Under the pieces are notes generated by a model, which saw nothing but the letters and a program-made list of their open reading frames with translations, searched no databases and was not told the DNA's origin. A stretch of DNA of 64,000 nt from an uncultured Bacteroidia bacterium (GTDB lineage: Bacteria > Bacteroidota > Bacteroidia > Bacteroidales > CAJPTX01): positions 9,485 through 73,484 of the forward strand of contig CAUUCP010000002.1 in assembly GCA_963543925.1 (NCBI GenBank). Reading direction: 5' to 3'. Positions 47,099-56,371 of the stretch are shown in pieces. A program made the position numbers and the translations under genes. Each line of letters begins with the position of its first letter. The first letter of the stretch is position 1.

Positions 47099-48733
47099 AT
47101 GACCGAACAGCGCAACTTACCCATCACTGGACAGACATTCGAGAAGCTACGGAATAAAGGGAGTGTCTACGTAGATAAAACTCAATACATAGAGAAGCTT
47201 TTACTTCTGGGTGAGTGCTTCTTTCTCAGCCGTCCCCACCGTTTCGGTAAGAGCCTCTTCCTATCTACCCTCCAATCCTATTTCGAAGGACGAAAAGAGC
47301 TCTTCGAGGGGCTCTACATCGCAGACCACGAAGAGGAGATCGCCCGCAAGCAACGACGCGAGCCGTGGGAGGCAAGTCCCGTGCTCTACTTCGACCTGAA
47401 TGCGAGGGACTATGTAACCCGAGAAACATTACCCAACCGCCTTTTAAAGCAACTCGAGAAGCTAGAAAAGAGATACCAAGTCGTAAGTGATGAGGATGCT
47501 CCCGAAGAGCGACTTATTTACCTCATAGAAACCATCTACGAACAGACTGGAAAGCAGGTCGTTATCCTCATAGACGAGTATGACAAGCCCCTCCTATTCA
47601 CCCTAGAAGACCCAGAGTTGAACGAAGCCAACCGCTTGCTCCTTCGCGCATTCTATGAGGTACTTAAGCATTGCGATCGCTACATCCGCTTTGCATTCCT
47701 GACGGGCATCACCAAGTTCAGTAGGATGAACCTCTTTAGCGGAGCTAACAACTTGAAGGATATCTCGCTCTTGGATAATTACGATGCTATCTGCGGCTTT
47801 ACCGAGCAAGAACTTACCGACTACTTTATGCCCGAGATAGAGAAACTAGCCCTAGCAGAAAATACCACTGTAAAAGCGACACGTCAACGACTCAAGAAAG
47901 AGTATGACGGTTATTGTTTTTCTCGTAAGGGAGAGAATGTCTATAACCCCTTTAGTCTTCTTAAGGTCTTGGTAACAAGTACTTACGATTATTACTGGTT
48001 CGAAAGCGCTACGCCAGAGTACCTCGTTAAAGCACTGCTGCATAATACTTACCCTATCCCAGACCTCGATGATGACGTGGAAATGGACAGCTCGTCCTTA
48101 CAGAACTTCCGTTACGGCACGCAGGATACGATTCCGTTGTTGTTTCATTCTGGCTACCTGACGATTAAGAAGTACCTGCCTCAACTTGACCACTTCATCC
48201 TCGGCTTCCCTAATGAGGAGGTACAACAAGGTTTCTTAAAGTGCCTTTTGCCGTTTTACACCTCAGGGGATGAATCGTTGATTTCCAAGTCTATAGGGTC
48301 AATCAATCGCGCCCTTCTCTCAGGGGATTTATCTGAAGTGATCTTATGGGTAAAAAAGGTACTCGCTGGGATTTATTACGGGAATATCCCCAGTGGTGAG
48401 GAGGGACGCCCGCTACGAGAATATTACTATCAGTCCGTTCTCTATGCTCTATTCTATGTCCTTGATATGCAGGTACAGACGGAGGTGATTTGTGCGACGG
48501 GGCGTGTAGATATGGTGATTACAACGCGCAAACGTGTCTACCTTTTCGAGTTCAAGGTAATGACTGCAGGTACGCCACAGGAGGCTATCACCCAGCTCAA
48601 GGAGAGCGGTTACTTGGCAAAGTTCAGTAAGACGAAACGTTCCATCCATCTGGTGGGCGTCAGCTTTGACGAGAAAACGAGGAACGTAGGCGAGTGGGCG
48701 GAAGAGGTACTCACGCCACAGGAGCTGTTGTAG
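47099..48733 (+). CDS. AAA-ATPase-like / PD-(D/E)XK nuclease fusion protein, paralog 3 (mosaic)
   Basis: Start at MTEQRNLPITG. The first ~40 residues (about 50 in the track ORF numbering) resemble paralog 2, residues from about 55 to 220 (about 60-230 in track numbering) resemble paralog 1, and the C-terminal 290 or more are identical to both. Confidence 0.75.
   Translation: MTEQRNLPITGQTFEKLRNKGSVYVDKTQYIEKLLLLGECFFLSRPHRFGKSLFLSTLQSYFEGRKELFEGLYIADHEEEIARKQRREPWEASPVLYFDLNARDYVTRETLPNRLLKQLEKLEKRYQVVSDEDAPEERLIYLIETIYEQTGKQVVILIDEYDKPLLFTLEDPELNEANRLLLRAFYEVLKHCDRYIRFAFLTGITKFSRMNLFSGANNLKDISLLDNYDAICGFTEQELTDYFMPEIEKLALAENTTVKATRQRLKKEYDGYCFSRKGENVYNPFSLLKVLVTSTYDYYWFESATPEYLVKALLHNTYPIPDLDDDVEMDSSSLQNFRYGTQDTIPLLFHSGYLTIKKYLPQLDHFILGFPNEEVQQGFLKCLLPFYTSGDESLISKSIGSINRALLSGDLSEVILWVKKVLAGIYYGNIPSGEEGRPLREYYYQSVLYALFYVLDMQVQTEVICATGRVDMVITTRKRVYLFEFKVMTAGTPQEAITQLKESGYLAKFSKTKRSIHLVGVSFDEKTRNVGEWAEEVLTPQELL
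47763..48625. repeat. 863-bp tract identical to the reverse complement of 2471-3333 (and of 4189-5051)
   Basis: Compared by eye. The flanking mismatch is at 47762 (gatAtc vs gatGtc). Confidence 0.8.
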
Positions 48734-48945
48734 AGAAAGTGTCCGTAAAAAGTGTGTAAACTTGGGAGAGAAAACCTCCCCGTTGGGGAACAACAACTTT
48801 TTTTCAGAGTAGGTACTAGCGTTTTTGACTTGATAGAAATCCCATGAAAGAGAGTCGGTACGGAAGGAATTGTTGTCGAAAAAAAAATACCTACTATTTA
48901 GGGTAACTACGTAGTAATACCTACTATATAATGAAAAAGATCGCC

Positions 48946-48953
48946 TACTTTTG
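48946..48953 (+). promoter_or_regulatory. -7 box TACTTTTG
   Basis: 25 nt lie between the box and the ATG at 48979. Confidence 0.55.
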
Positions 48954-48978
48954 GGCTTGTAATTAACAACGTTATACG

Positions 48979-50250
48979 ATGAAGAAGTTTTTATTACTCG
49001 GCACGGCAGTGCTTTTGCTTGCCTCGGCAACGTTTGCACGGGACTGGTATGTGTCTGCAACCACTGGTGGAAACCGAAATGATGGGGCGAAGGGGACTCC
49101 ACTCAAGGATTTACAGAAGGCTATCGACCAAGCTACGGCAGGGGACAAAATCTATATCGCTGCAGGAAACTACACGGGAAAGCTCGATGTCGGGTATATT
49201 TCCCTAGACAAGCCGCTAGAACTCTACGGTGGCTATACGACCGACTTTAGCGCACGCGACGTCTTAGCTAATCGCACGACAATCTATACCGAGCCCAAGC
49301 ACAACGGTACAGCAGGGAGCAAGGCGCTGATTCACTTAGAAGACAAGATCACTCCTGGCAAGACCGTAATCGACGGTTTTCTCTTCGACCGTGGAGCAGC
49401 AAACAATTACAAAGACGTTTCTACCAGCGAGGTGAAGGGGCTCTTATCTGGGATAATGGTTCCCGACCAAAAGCAGACGGAGAAGCCCGCAATCTATGGT
49501 CAGACGAAGGGTGAGCTAATCATCCGGAACTGTGTATTTAACAATATGACGAACTATGCCCTCCAGTTCAGCATTGACAATGGTGCTCCTGTAAAGATAG
49601 AAAACAACGTTTTTACCGCAGTGCGTTATGCAGCGATTCAGCTCACTGGTCGTAAGAATGGCGTATGTGCTCCAGTGGAGATCTGCAACAACACGATCCT
49701 TTTTGTCTGGACACGTACCAAGACTTTCGAAGACATGGGGTATGGAATCCGCTCATTCTCGGGTACAAGCCTTAATATTCACGACAATGTACTTGGTTTG
49801 ACCTACAACGGAGCTATCGACCTCGGGCACAGCACAGGCTGGCGTTGGGGCGAAAAAGTACGTGCTGACAAGAACGCCTTCTTTATGAACAAGAAGGGGG
49901 ATATCAACCTTCCCTCGGGTGGCGGCATGTTCCTACAACGCAGAGCCGAGGATTTTGAGGATGTAGACCTCCTCGAAACGGCCGATGGGAACTACGAGCT
50001 CAAGGATGTACAAGGGTTGAAGGCTGCTATTGACCCTGCTTATCTGAATGGCTTCTTGTCAGCAACCTATTCGGAAAAGACCGACTATGATCCGAATAGT
50101 AACGTAAACCAATTCCGTTCCGCGATGGGTATGAACCAAGTAGGGAGCATCCAATCAAAGGTTACGATGTTCATGAACCGTTACCCCATTGAGAGCTCGA
50201 TCAAGTGCTTTGGTGCAGTAAAAGGGGTTGGTGCACAGCTTCCTCGCTAG
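48979..50250 (+). CDS. secreted right-handed beta-helix (pectate-lyase-fold/DUF1565-like) protein
   Basis: The signal peptide is MKKFLLLGTAVLLLASATFA. The N-terminus RDWYVSATTGGNRNDGAKGTPLKDLQKAIDQATAGDKIYIAAGNY is typical of beta-helix proteins. Confidence 0.6.
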   Translation: MKKFLLLGTAVLLLASATFARDWYVSATTGGNRNDGAKGTPLKDLQKAIDQATAGDKIYIAAGNYTGKLDVGYISLDKPLELYGGYTTDFSARDVLANRTTIYTEPKHNGTAGSKALIHLEDKITPGKTVIDGFLFDRGAANNYKDVSTSEVKGLLSGIMVPDQKQTEKPAIYGQTKGELIIRNCVFNNMTNYALQFSIDNGAPVKIENNVFTAVRYAAIQLTGRKNGVCAPVEICNNTILFVWTRTKTFEDMGYGIRSFSGTSLNIHDNVLGLTYNGAIDLGHSTGWRWGEKVRADKNAFFMNKKGDINLPSGGGMFLQRRAEDFEDVDLLETADGNYELKDVQGLKAAIDPAYLNGFLSATYSEKTDYDPNSNVNQFRSAMGMNQVGSIQSKVTMFMNRYPIESSIKCFGAVKGVGAQLPR

Positions 50251-50284
50251 TTTTCGTCTCCTATTTAAGAGGATCTATAGAACG

Positions 50285-50316
50285 AACGCTGTCCTGCGAG
50301 GGACGGCGTTTGTTTT
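50285..50316 (+). terminator. rho-independent terminator
   Basis: AACGCTGTCC-TGCGAG-GGACGGCGTT-TGTTTT. Confidence 0.7.
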
Positions 50317-50497
50317 AGGACAGTACCATAGGGAGGTAGCCAAGATTCCTCAAAAAAGGATGTATTGCACTATAGGAAAGTATCGATCAATTTTCCCCAC
50401 GATATATATCCTCCTATTATCATCAATGGTCGTATGCGCTTCAAACAATAAAGTCAGAGTGAAGGTATTTTTCCACTCTTATCTCGCTATTCTCTAG

Positions 50498-50557
50498 ATA
50501 AGAGGAACGACAATAAGAGAAACGACAATAAGAAAAACGACTGTAAGAGGAACGCGG
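50498..50557 (+). repeat. tandem 15-bp repeats x4 (ATAAGAGGAACGACA-like)
   Basis: Units are ataagaggaacgaca, ataagagaaacgaca, ataagaaaaacgact and gtaagaggaacgcgg. A 9-bp-stem hairpin (ctcttatct...agataagag) precedes the array at 50476-50505. Confidence 0.85.
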
Positions 50558-50564
50558 AAACAAG

Positions 50565-50599
50565 AACGGCGTGGTAACCTTACATTACAACGCCGTTTT
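50565..50599. terminator. hairpin terminator in the convergent intergenic region (serves the GT2 operon)
   Basis: AACGGCGT-loop-ACGCCGTT followed by TT. Confidence 0.5.
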
Positions 50600-50640
50600 A
50601 TCTAACCTATTATCAACTTTTCTATGCGGGAGGTGTGCAC

Positions 50641-51366
50641 TTAAACAGCCCGATACCGCCGCAAAAATCGATAGGCAAGCGATACCCCCAGCACTCCAAA
50701 GCCATAGGTCATACTGCGCCTAAAATTGATAGAGGAGGCTTCTTTGAAGTACTTTGTCGGGCAGCTCACCTCACCAATCTGGAATCCATGACCGAAGCAC
50801 TGGGCTATAAACTGATTGTCAAAGACGAAGTCGTCACTATTGTCATGGTAAGGTATACGTTCGAGTACCTTTCGTGCATATGCTCGATAGCCCGTGTGAT
50901 ACTCACTAAGCTTCTCTCCAAGGAGAAGATTCTCAAAGAGAGTCAAAAAGCGATTGGCAATGTATTTATAGCGTGGCATCCCTCCCTTGAGACAGTCTCC
51001 ACCAAGAATACGCGAGCCCAGCACAACTGGGTAGAGCCCCTGTGCTATCATGTAAGCCATAGACGGAATTAAGAGCGGTGTGTACTGATAATCGGGATGG
51101 AGCATGATAATGATATCCGCCCCCAGCTGGAGTGCATAGTCGTAGCAAGTCTTTTGATTTGCTCCGTAACCTCGATTTTCCTCGTGCTGTAAAACATGGG
51201 TAAGCCCAAGAGAGGCGGCTACGGTCACCGTGTCGTCACTACTACGATCATCCACCAAGACGATCTCATCTACGATATCGCGAGGGATCTCTGCCACCGT
51301 ACGCTCTAGAGTCGTAGCAGCATTATAGGCAGGCATTACGACCACGACACGCTGTCCAGCTATCAT
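50641..51366 (-). CDS. family 2 glycosyltransferase, polyprenyl-phosphate sugar synthase-like
   Basis: 241 aa. Motifs VVVMPAYNAATTL, the DxD region IVLVDDRSSDDT, and HPDYQY. Confidence 0.75.
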   Translation of the reverse strand: MIAGQRVVVVMPAYNAATTLERTVAEIPRDIVDEIVLVDDRSSDDTVTVAASLGLTHVLQHEENRGYGANQKTCYDYALQLGADIIIMLHPDYQYTPLLIPSMAYMIAQGLYPVVLGSRILGGDCLKGGMPRYKYIANRFLTLFENLLLGEKLSEYHTGYRAYARKVLERIPYHDNSDDFVFDNQFIAQCFGHGFQIGEVSCPTKYFKEASSINFRRSMTYGFGVLGVSLAYRFLRRYRAV

Positions 51367-53391
51367 TTATTCCTCTCCTCCCTCTTTTGCTCGTGCAAAA
51401 CACGCCGCAGCCCGTTTATCTCCCGCTTTCTGATAACACACTCCGAGGTTATAGACAAGCCGCGCATCATCGGGATAGTCGTTGACCAGCGTCTCAAACT
51501 CAGCAATGGCAGCAGCGAAATCCCCTTTAGCAAAACGTATCTTCCCCAACAGTTCACGAATGGCAGGCGAGAGTGGTTGTTTTTCCTCCTCGAAGATCTT
51601 AATAGCTTCCAATAGATATTCGTGCGCCTCGTCAGGACGACGTTCTTCCAAACTCAAGCTCGCAAGACGGTAATACGCCTCGGGATTGTTTGGATAGACA
51701 TAGAGCCCCGAACGCAGACGTTGACGTTGCACGTCCACAGCGCCACTCCTCTCTTGACGATTGAGACGAAAGAGGAAGGCTGGTTCACTAGAACCTTCGT
51801 AGTGTACCAATTCGAGGAAATCAGGCTGTTCATGGAGCACAAGACTGAGAGTGATGTGCATGGTATTGATAAACTCGTCAGTACGCTGTTCGGTGAAACG
51901 TCGCAAGCGTCCGCAAATCGCATACTCTACATGGTTGGAGTCTAGATAGCTACGTACGGTCTGCGCATCTTCTCCAGGAAGCTTAAAGATACCCAAGAAG
52001 GGACGGTTGCCATAGATGCGCGAATTATTGGGCTTACGACAAGCGACCACGACGGAGTCTGGGAGATGTGCCCCCACCCATTCACTCACTTTTAGATAGC
52101 TCTCCCAGTCTGGAGTATAGCCAGCATAACGATCACCACGTAAATTGGCACGTATACGCACAATGTCTACTCCCTGTGCATTTTGAAAGAGAAGGACAAT
52201 AAGAGAAATAAAAAAGAGCACGAATCCCCCGAGACGCAACCACGACTGCCGCAGGAGGCGACACACCCCACCCAAGATGAAAAAAAGAAACAGAGGGAAG
52301 TAAACGAGCACGAGGCGCTCTTGATTCCAAGAGACCTGTTGCGTGATAAAGGTTACCCCGTACATAGCAGCAAGGTAAAGTCCGAGGAGGGTGAGGATCT
52401 TATCCTTACGCCAGAGCTTAATCAGTAAAAAAAGTAACAGCGCCACCAACCCGACTGTCACCACCCAGATGGGAGTAAAGTTCACGAAACCAAGAAAATG
52501 TAGATTGTGGTACGCAAGATATTGCTTACAATTGAGGGCAAAACGAGTGAGCATACCAATGAAATCTTCTTGCCCAGCAGCCGCGTTGTAGAAATCGACC
52601 TGAAGAGCACGAGCAAGCTGTCCACTAAAAGAAGCATCCGTAACGCCCCACCAGATTCTACGGTAAATGGTAAAGAGCAGAAGAAGCCCGAGAAAGGTAA
52701 CGCCGAAGATTCTAGCTCCACGGATCTTATCCTTCCTTACGGCAAAAAAGTAGACAAGCAGCGCCAGAAAGGCACCATATCCGACGTTTCTAGTCAATGC
52801 TAATAAGAGGGTAAGGACACCCAGCAGCACTAGCCAAATAAAGCCTTGTTTCGCCTTTTGTTTTTCGATGGGTAATGTTTCATAAGCAAAGAGGGTATAG
52901 AAGATACCACTCTGAAGAAGGAGAAAAAGCGGCTCACTGTAAGTGGTACTTCCCAATACGACAAAGCTCGGTGTCACAGCAAAGAGGGTAACACCACAAA
53001 GCCACGCCAATGGCTCGAGGCTCTTATGAAATGCCACGCCTAGCACCCAAATACTCGCCAGTGCAAAGAGAACGGAAAAGAGCTTGAGAGGGACAAGTGC
53101 AAGCCCCCATGCTGCGATAAACGGACTAAGCAGGATCGAATAAAATGCTCCATGCCACGAAGGAAAAGCAATCCCTTTCCAGAAGTCTTGAGCAGCAAGC
53201 AGATACCACGAATCGTCTCCGCCAATGGAAACCTTGGGGTCAAAAGTTACCCCCATCAATACCGCGCTCAAGATAACCGTAAGCAACAAAAAGAGCCGCC
53301 AATGTTTTTCAATGGCAAAAGACAACCGATCCATTGAGGAAGATGTAGGTTGTTGCGAAAACAAGGAGTTAGTTTCTCCCTTAGGCATCAC
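51367..53391 (-). CDS. GT-C fold (ArnT/PMT-like) membrane glycosyltransferase with C-terminal TPR domain
   Basis: 674 aa with 10 or more hydrophobic helices. An acidic first-loop motif SIGGDDSWY is present. The C-terminal TPR-like repeats read (AYYRLASLSLEERRPDEAHEYL..., ...DARLVYNLGVCYQKAGDKRAA). It abuts the GT2 start codon. Confidence 0.65.
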   Translation of the reverse strand: MMPKGETNSLFSQQPTSSSMDRLSFAIEKHWRLFLLLTVILSAVLMGVTFDPKVSIGGDDSWYLLAAQDFWKGIAFPSWHGAFYSILLSPFIAAWGLALVPLKLFSVLFALASIWVLGVAFHKSLEPLAWLCGVTLFAVTPSFVVLGSTTYSEPLFLLLQSGIFYTLFAYETLPIEKQKAKQGFIWLVLLGVLTLLLALTRNVGYGAFLALLVYFFAVRKDKIRGARIFGVTFLGLLLLFTIYRRIWWGVTDASFSGQLARALQVDFYNAAAGQEDFIGMLTRFALNCKQYLAYHNLHFLGFVNFTPIWVVTVGLVALLLFLLIKLWRKDKILTLLGLYLAAMYGVTFITQQVSWNQERLVLVYFPLFLFFILGGVCRLLRQSWLRLGGFVLFFISLIVLLFQNAQGVDIVRIRANLRGDRYAGYTPDWESYLKVSEWVGAHLPDSVVVACRKPNNSRIYGNRPFLGIFKLPGEDAQTVRSYLDSNHVEYAICGRLRRFTEQRTDEFINTMHITLSLVLHEQPDFLELVHYEGSSEPAFLFRLNRQERSGAVDVQRQRLRSGLYVYPNNPEAYYRLASLSLEERRPDEAHEYLLEAIKIFEEEKQPLSPAIRELLGKIRFAKGDFAAAIAEFETLVNDYPDDARLVYNLGVCYQKAGDKRAAACFARAKEGGEE

Positions 53392-53692
53392 ACTTATTCA
53401 CAGCACTGATGAACGGGTTCATCTCCGAATCTTCGTGGAGGTCAATCTCTCCGAATCCACTTTCGTAGCGACGTATATTCTCTCCCAAGGCATGGAGTAA
53501 ACGCTTTACGTGATCTGGAGTCATAACCACGCGACTTACTACCTTTGCACCGCTATGCCCTGGCATAACACGGGAAAAATCCAACACGAACTCAGAGCTC
53601 GAGTGGGAGATTACCACTAAGTTGGAATAAACCCCGAGCTCCAACGTTTCATCAATATCTATTGAGAACTCCTTTTTTTCTTCCGTTGTCAT
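53381..53692 (-). CDS. DUF3467-like small protein
   Basis: 103 aa. YSNLVVISHSSSEFVLDF matches the family pattern as I recall it. It overlaps the GT-C gene by 11 nt. Confidence 0.5.
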   Translation of the reverse strand: MTTEEKKEFSIDIDETLELGVYSNLVVISHSSSEFVLDFSRVMPGHSGAKVVSRVVMTPDHVKRLLHALGENIRRYESGFGEIDLHEDSEMNPFISAVNKCDA

Positions 53693-53720
53693 CTTACCTT
53701 CTACAGTCTTCTTTATCGTA

Positions 53721-53728
53721 CAAAATTA
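53721..53728 (-). promoter_or_regulatory. -7 box TAATTTTG for the DUF3467/GT-C/GT2 operon
   Basis: 28 nt lie between the box and the ATG at 53692. Confidence 0.55.
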
Positions 53729-53746
53729 AGGAAATATTACGAAAGA

Positions 53747-54472
53747 ATGCCATCATTATTACGCCTCCTTCTCTTGTTACCATTTTGCCTATTCTTCCTG
53801 TCTATCCATGCACAAGTACTTCTACGCCAGCACCCCTTGTCTACCCCTCCTAGACTACACACAAGTTTAGAAGAGACAAATATTCCACCTCTCTCGTTAT
53901 ACAATGAGTCACAAACATGGTACTACTATGCCATTCCTGCTAGTTTAGTGCTTGGAGGCGGCGCCCTACTGAATCGCCTTGACTGGTTTGTATTGAATAA
54001 GGAGGTTCGCGAACGCTGGCGTTACCGCGAGTATCGCGCACGGTATGTCGACGATGTATTACAGTTCCTCCCGATGAGCTGTGCCATGAGTTGGGATATC
54101 ACCCATCTCATACAAACGAACAACTGGCATCCGCTCGCCGAAAATGCTACGAGCATCGCCTTAATGGTGGGTTTAGTACACGGCATCAAGGCGATGGAGA
54201 TCGAGCTCCGCCCCGATAATTCTACGTGGAATAGCTTTCCATCGGGACATACTGCTACGGCCTTTGTAGGCGCGGAGCTTCTTCGCCAACGCCTTGGTCG
54301 TGAATACTGGTATATCTCTGTCCTCGGCTACGCGGCTGCTACTGGTACTGCATACCTACGCATTTATCACAATCGACACTGGCTGGGCGACACTCTCGCA
54401 GGGGCTGGTATTGGTATTCTTTCGGCTTGGCTAGGCAAGACCCTCACGCAACAAATAACCAAACGAAGATAA
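53747..54472 (+). CDS. PAP2-family (acid/lipid) phosphatase, membrane
   Basis: Motifs are KAMEIELRPD, SFPSGHTATAF and RIYHNRHWLGD (KX6RP / PSGH / SRX5HX3D-type). Confidence 0.8.
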   Translation: MPSLLRLLLLLPFCLFFLSIHAQVLLRQHPLSTPPRLHTSLEETNIPPLSLYNESQTWYYYAIPASLVLGGGALLNRLDWFVLNKEVRERWRYREYRARYVDDVLQFLPMSCAMSWDITHLIQTNNWHPLAENATSIALMVGLVHGIKAMEIELRPDNSTWNSFPSGHTATAFVGAELLRQRLGREYWYISVLGYAAATGTAYLRIYHNRHWLGDTLAGAGIGILSAWLGKTLTQQITKRR

Positions 54473-54521
54473 AGCAACAAAAGAAAATAGGACGTCGTTG
54501 ACGCCCTATTTCTTTGTAATT

Positions 54522-56288
54522 CTATTTCTGTATCCAGATATCCCCCTCGACTTCTACATCCTGAAATACTCCATTTGGGAACTTCACCTTTATCTTCACC
54601 CTAAGGTGCTTAGTTTCAATTCCTGCAGAGAACTCGCCGACGGCCTCCTTAAACTTCTCGCGATCTGTGACTATGAGCTCGCCCAATTTCCTCTCCGCAT
54701 GCGCTGTTTCCACATTAGAAGACAAGCTCACTTGAAGGAAATCTGCCGCCGCGCCTACCACTTCACATTCAATATCTGACTGAGACGCCAATGCCCCAAA
54801 ACTCAAATGTGGTGTGATTAATCTTTCAGAGTCTGGAGAGAGCTCTGGTTCGATGAGTAAATCAAAGCTATTACTTTCAACCGTCCCGACCCCAAGCCCC
54901 AATTTCAAACTCAATTGATCTTGCGAGAGCATCTTAAGATTTTCTGGGATCGGATACTCAATCACTACTGGCGCAATATCCTTTCCTACCGCCGTAATAC
55001 GGAGCTTACCCTTGGGGAAGACAAAACTTGACGTAAGTTTTAAAGTCGGTTTCAAAGCTACAGCCTTGGTGGGGTCAACAGTTGATCCCCAAACAAGGGG
55101 ATCTGTCACCTGAAGATAATCCGACAACTTACGCGAATCCGTGGATTCATTGAGAATTTCAATCTTGGAAATTTTCAAGACCTCCTTTCCGCTGGAGATT
55201 ACTGGGTAACGCCAACGCATCAGATTTGTAAACCCGAACTCACCTACAAGATCCCCACCTTTCGGATAAAACGAATTCATCCAAGGCCACGAAAGAGCAT
55301 ATTCTCCTGCGCGTTGTATGGGTCTTGGCTTTACCACTACATCCTCGGGTTTGTGTAACGTCTCGATAGCTCCTTCCTTCGTGATATTCGCTACGACCTT
55401 CTCTGGCTCGGTACGATCTCGGAATTGGAAGGTACTCTCCACCTCGCACTTATCGATGGTAAAGTAAGTCTCCTTTTCTCCGACTTGAAAAAGCTTGTGC
55501 TGTGGAAGTGTTGACGGCTCTTCCCCTCGGAATTTGTTACGGGTCATGACCGCAAACCCGCCACGTGGGCGACGCGTCGTCTCCCCTTCAGGATCGATAA
55601 AAACGTTGACATTCCCACCGCCTATCGTAAAGCGATCGGTAAGTTGGTAAGAGGGTTCTTCGGTACGCATTGAACGACGGAAAGAGCGTACCGCAAAACC
55701 ACCACGCGGGCGACGCGTCTCCTCGGTCACGGGGACATTGATCGTTACCGCATCTTCATAAACCGAAAAGAGGGGTGCACCGTCGCTATTTTGCACCTGA
55801 AAGATGGATTCTCCAGCTTCCTTTCCCTTTTTCGTTCCCTTGATCAAAGAGACAGAATTCGCATAAAGCGCATAGGGAACCGCCTGCATCGGGACAGGAT
55901 CGCCCAGAGAAACAAACGTTCCATTGGCTGCGATATCGACTTCGGCAGCAACACGAAGTCCTTTTTCCCATGGCACAGTCTCCATGCTACCTTGCTGCAC
56001 GCTCCCCTGCCCAGCGCCAACCGTCACGTTCACGAGCCCAGCCTTAGTTGTCTTAGCTGAAATTTGCTCGGCATAGAGCACCTGCCCTGCAAGATCTTGA
56101 AGCTTTACCAAGAGCTTCACTGTTTTTTCTGCAACAGGCTTCCCCTCTTGATAGATCAAGGCTGTGTAGTTGAATGCCGTCGGTAACGTAGCTGCAGAGA
56201 GCTGATCGTCCACCACATCCCCTGCTTCCCCCTGTGCGTGGAGTAGGAAAGGAGCAAATAGCGTAAAAAGTAAGAATAGATACTTCAT
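54522..56288 (-). CDS. secreted hypothetical protein, tandem paralog A
   Basis: Start at MKYLFLLFTLFAPFLLHAQ (signal peptide), supported by a -7 box 24 nt upstream. The N-terminal 340 aa or so are about 90+ percent identical to paralog B, while the C-terminal 250 aa or so are divergent. Confidence 0.7.
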   Translation of the reverse strand: MKYLFLLFTLFAPFLLHAQGEAGDVVDDQLSAATLPTAFNYTALIYQEGKPVAEKTVKLLVKLQDLAGQVLYAEQISAKTTKAGLVNVTVGAGQGSVQQGSMETVPWEKGLRVAAEVDIAANGTFVSLGDPVPMQAVPYALYANSVSLIKGTKKGKEAGESIFQVQNSDGAPLFSVYEDAVTINVPVTEETRRPRGGFAVRSFRRSMRTEEPSYQLTDRFTIGGGNVNVFIDPEGETTRRPRGGFAVMTRNKFRGEEPSTLPQHKLFQVGEKETYFTIDKCEVESTFQFRDRTEPEKVVANITKEGAIETLHKPEDVVVKPRPIQRAGEYALSWPWMNSFYPKGGDLVGEFGFTNLMRWRYPVISSGKEVLKISKIEILNESTDSRKLSDYLQVTDPLVWGSTVDPTKAVALKPTLKLTSSFVFPKGKLRITAVGKDIAPVVIEYPIPENLKMLSQDQLSLKLGLGVGTVESNSFDLLIEPELSPDSERLITPHLSFGALASQSDIECEVVGAAADFLQVSLSSNVETAHAERKLGELIVTDREKFKEAVGEFSAGIETKHLRVKIKVKFPNGVFQDVEVEGDIWIQK

Positions 56289-56312
56289 CGTTGTTAGTTC
56301 TTTTTGTTCCCA

Positions 56313-56320
56313 CAAATGTA
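56313..56320 (-). promoter_or_regulatory. -7 box TACATTTG for paralog A
   Basis: TAnnTTTG match 24 nt upstream of the ATG at 56288. Paralog B has TATCTTCG (one mismatch) at 58192-58199 in the same geometry. Confidence 0.55.
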
Positions 56321-56371
56321 CAACAATCTCACAGACATTCTCACCTGCCATTGACGAGCCCAAAACGTCGC

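Noticed and set aside
48449-49102. 217-aa minus-strand ORF spanning the paralog 3 end and the next intergenic region
   Set aside because: Its C-terminal part is the antisense of the conserved nuclease region (the same shadow ORF recurs at 2447-2647 and 4165-4365). The remainder crosses a promoter region.
50228-50497. 89-aa ORF in the convergent intergenic region
   Set aside because: It overlaps the upstream gene's stop and terminator. It has no promoter box and no recognisable features.
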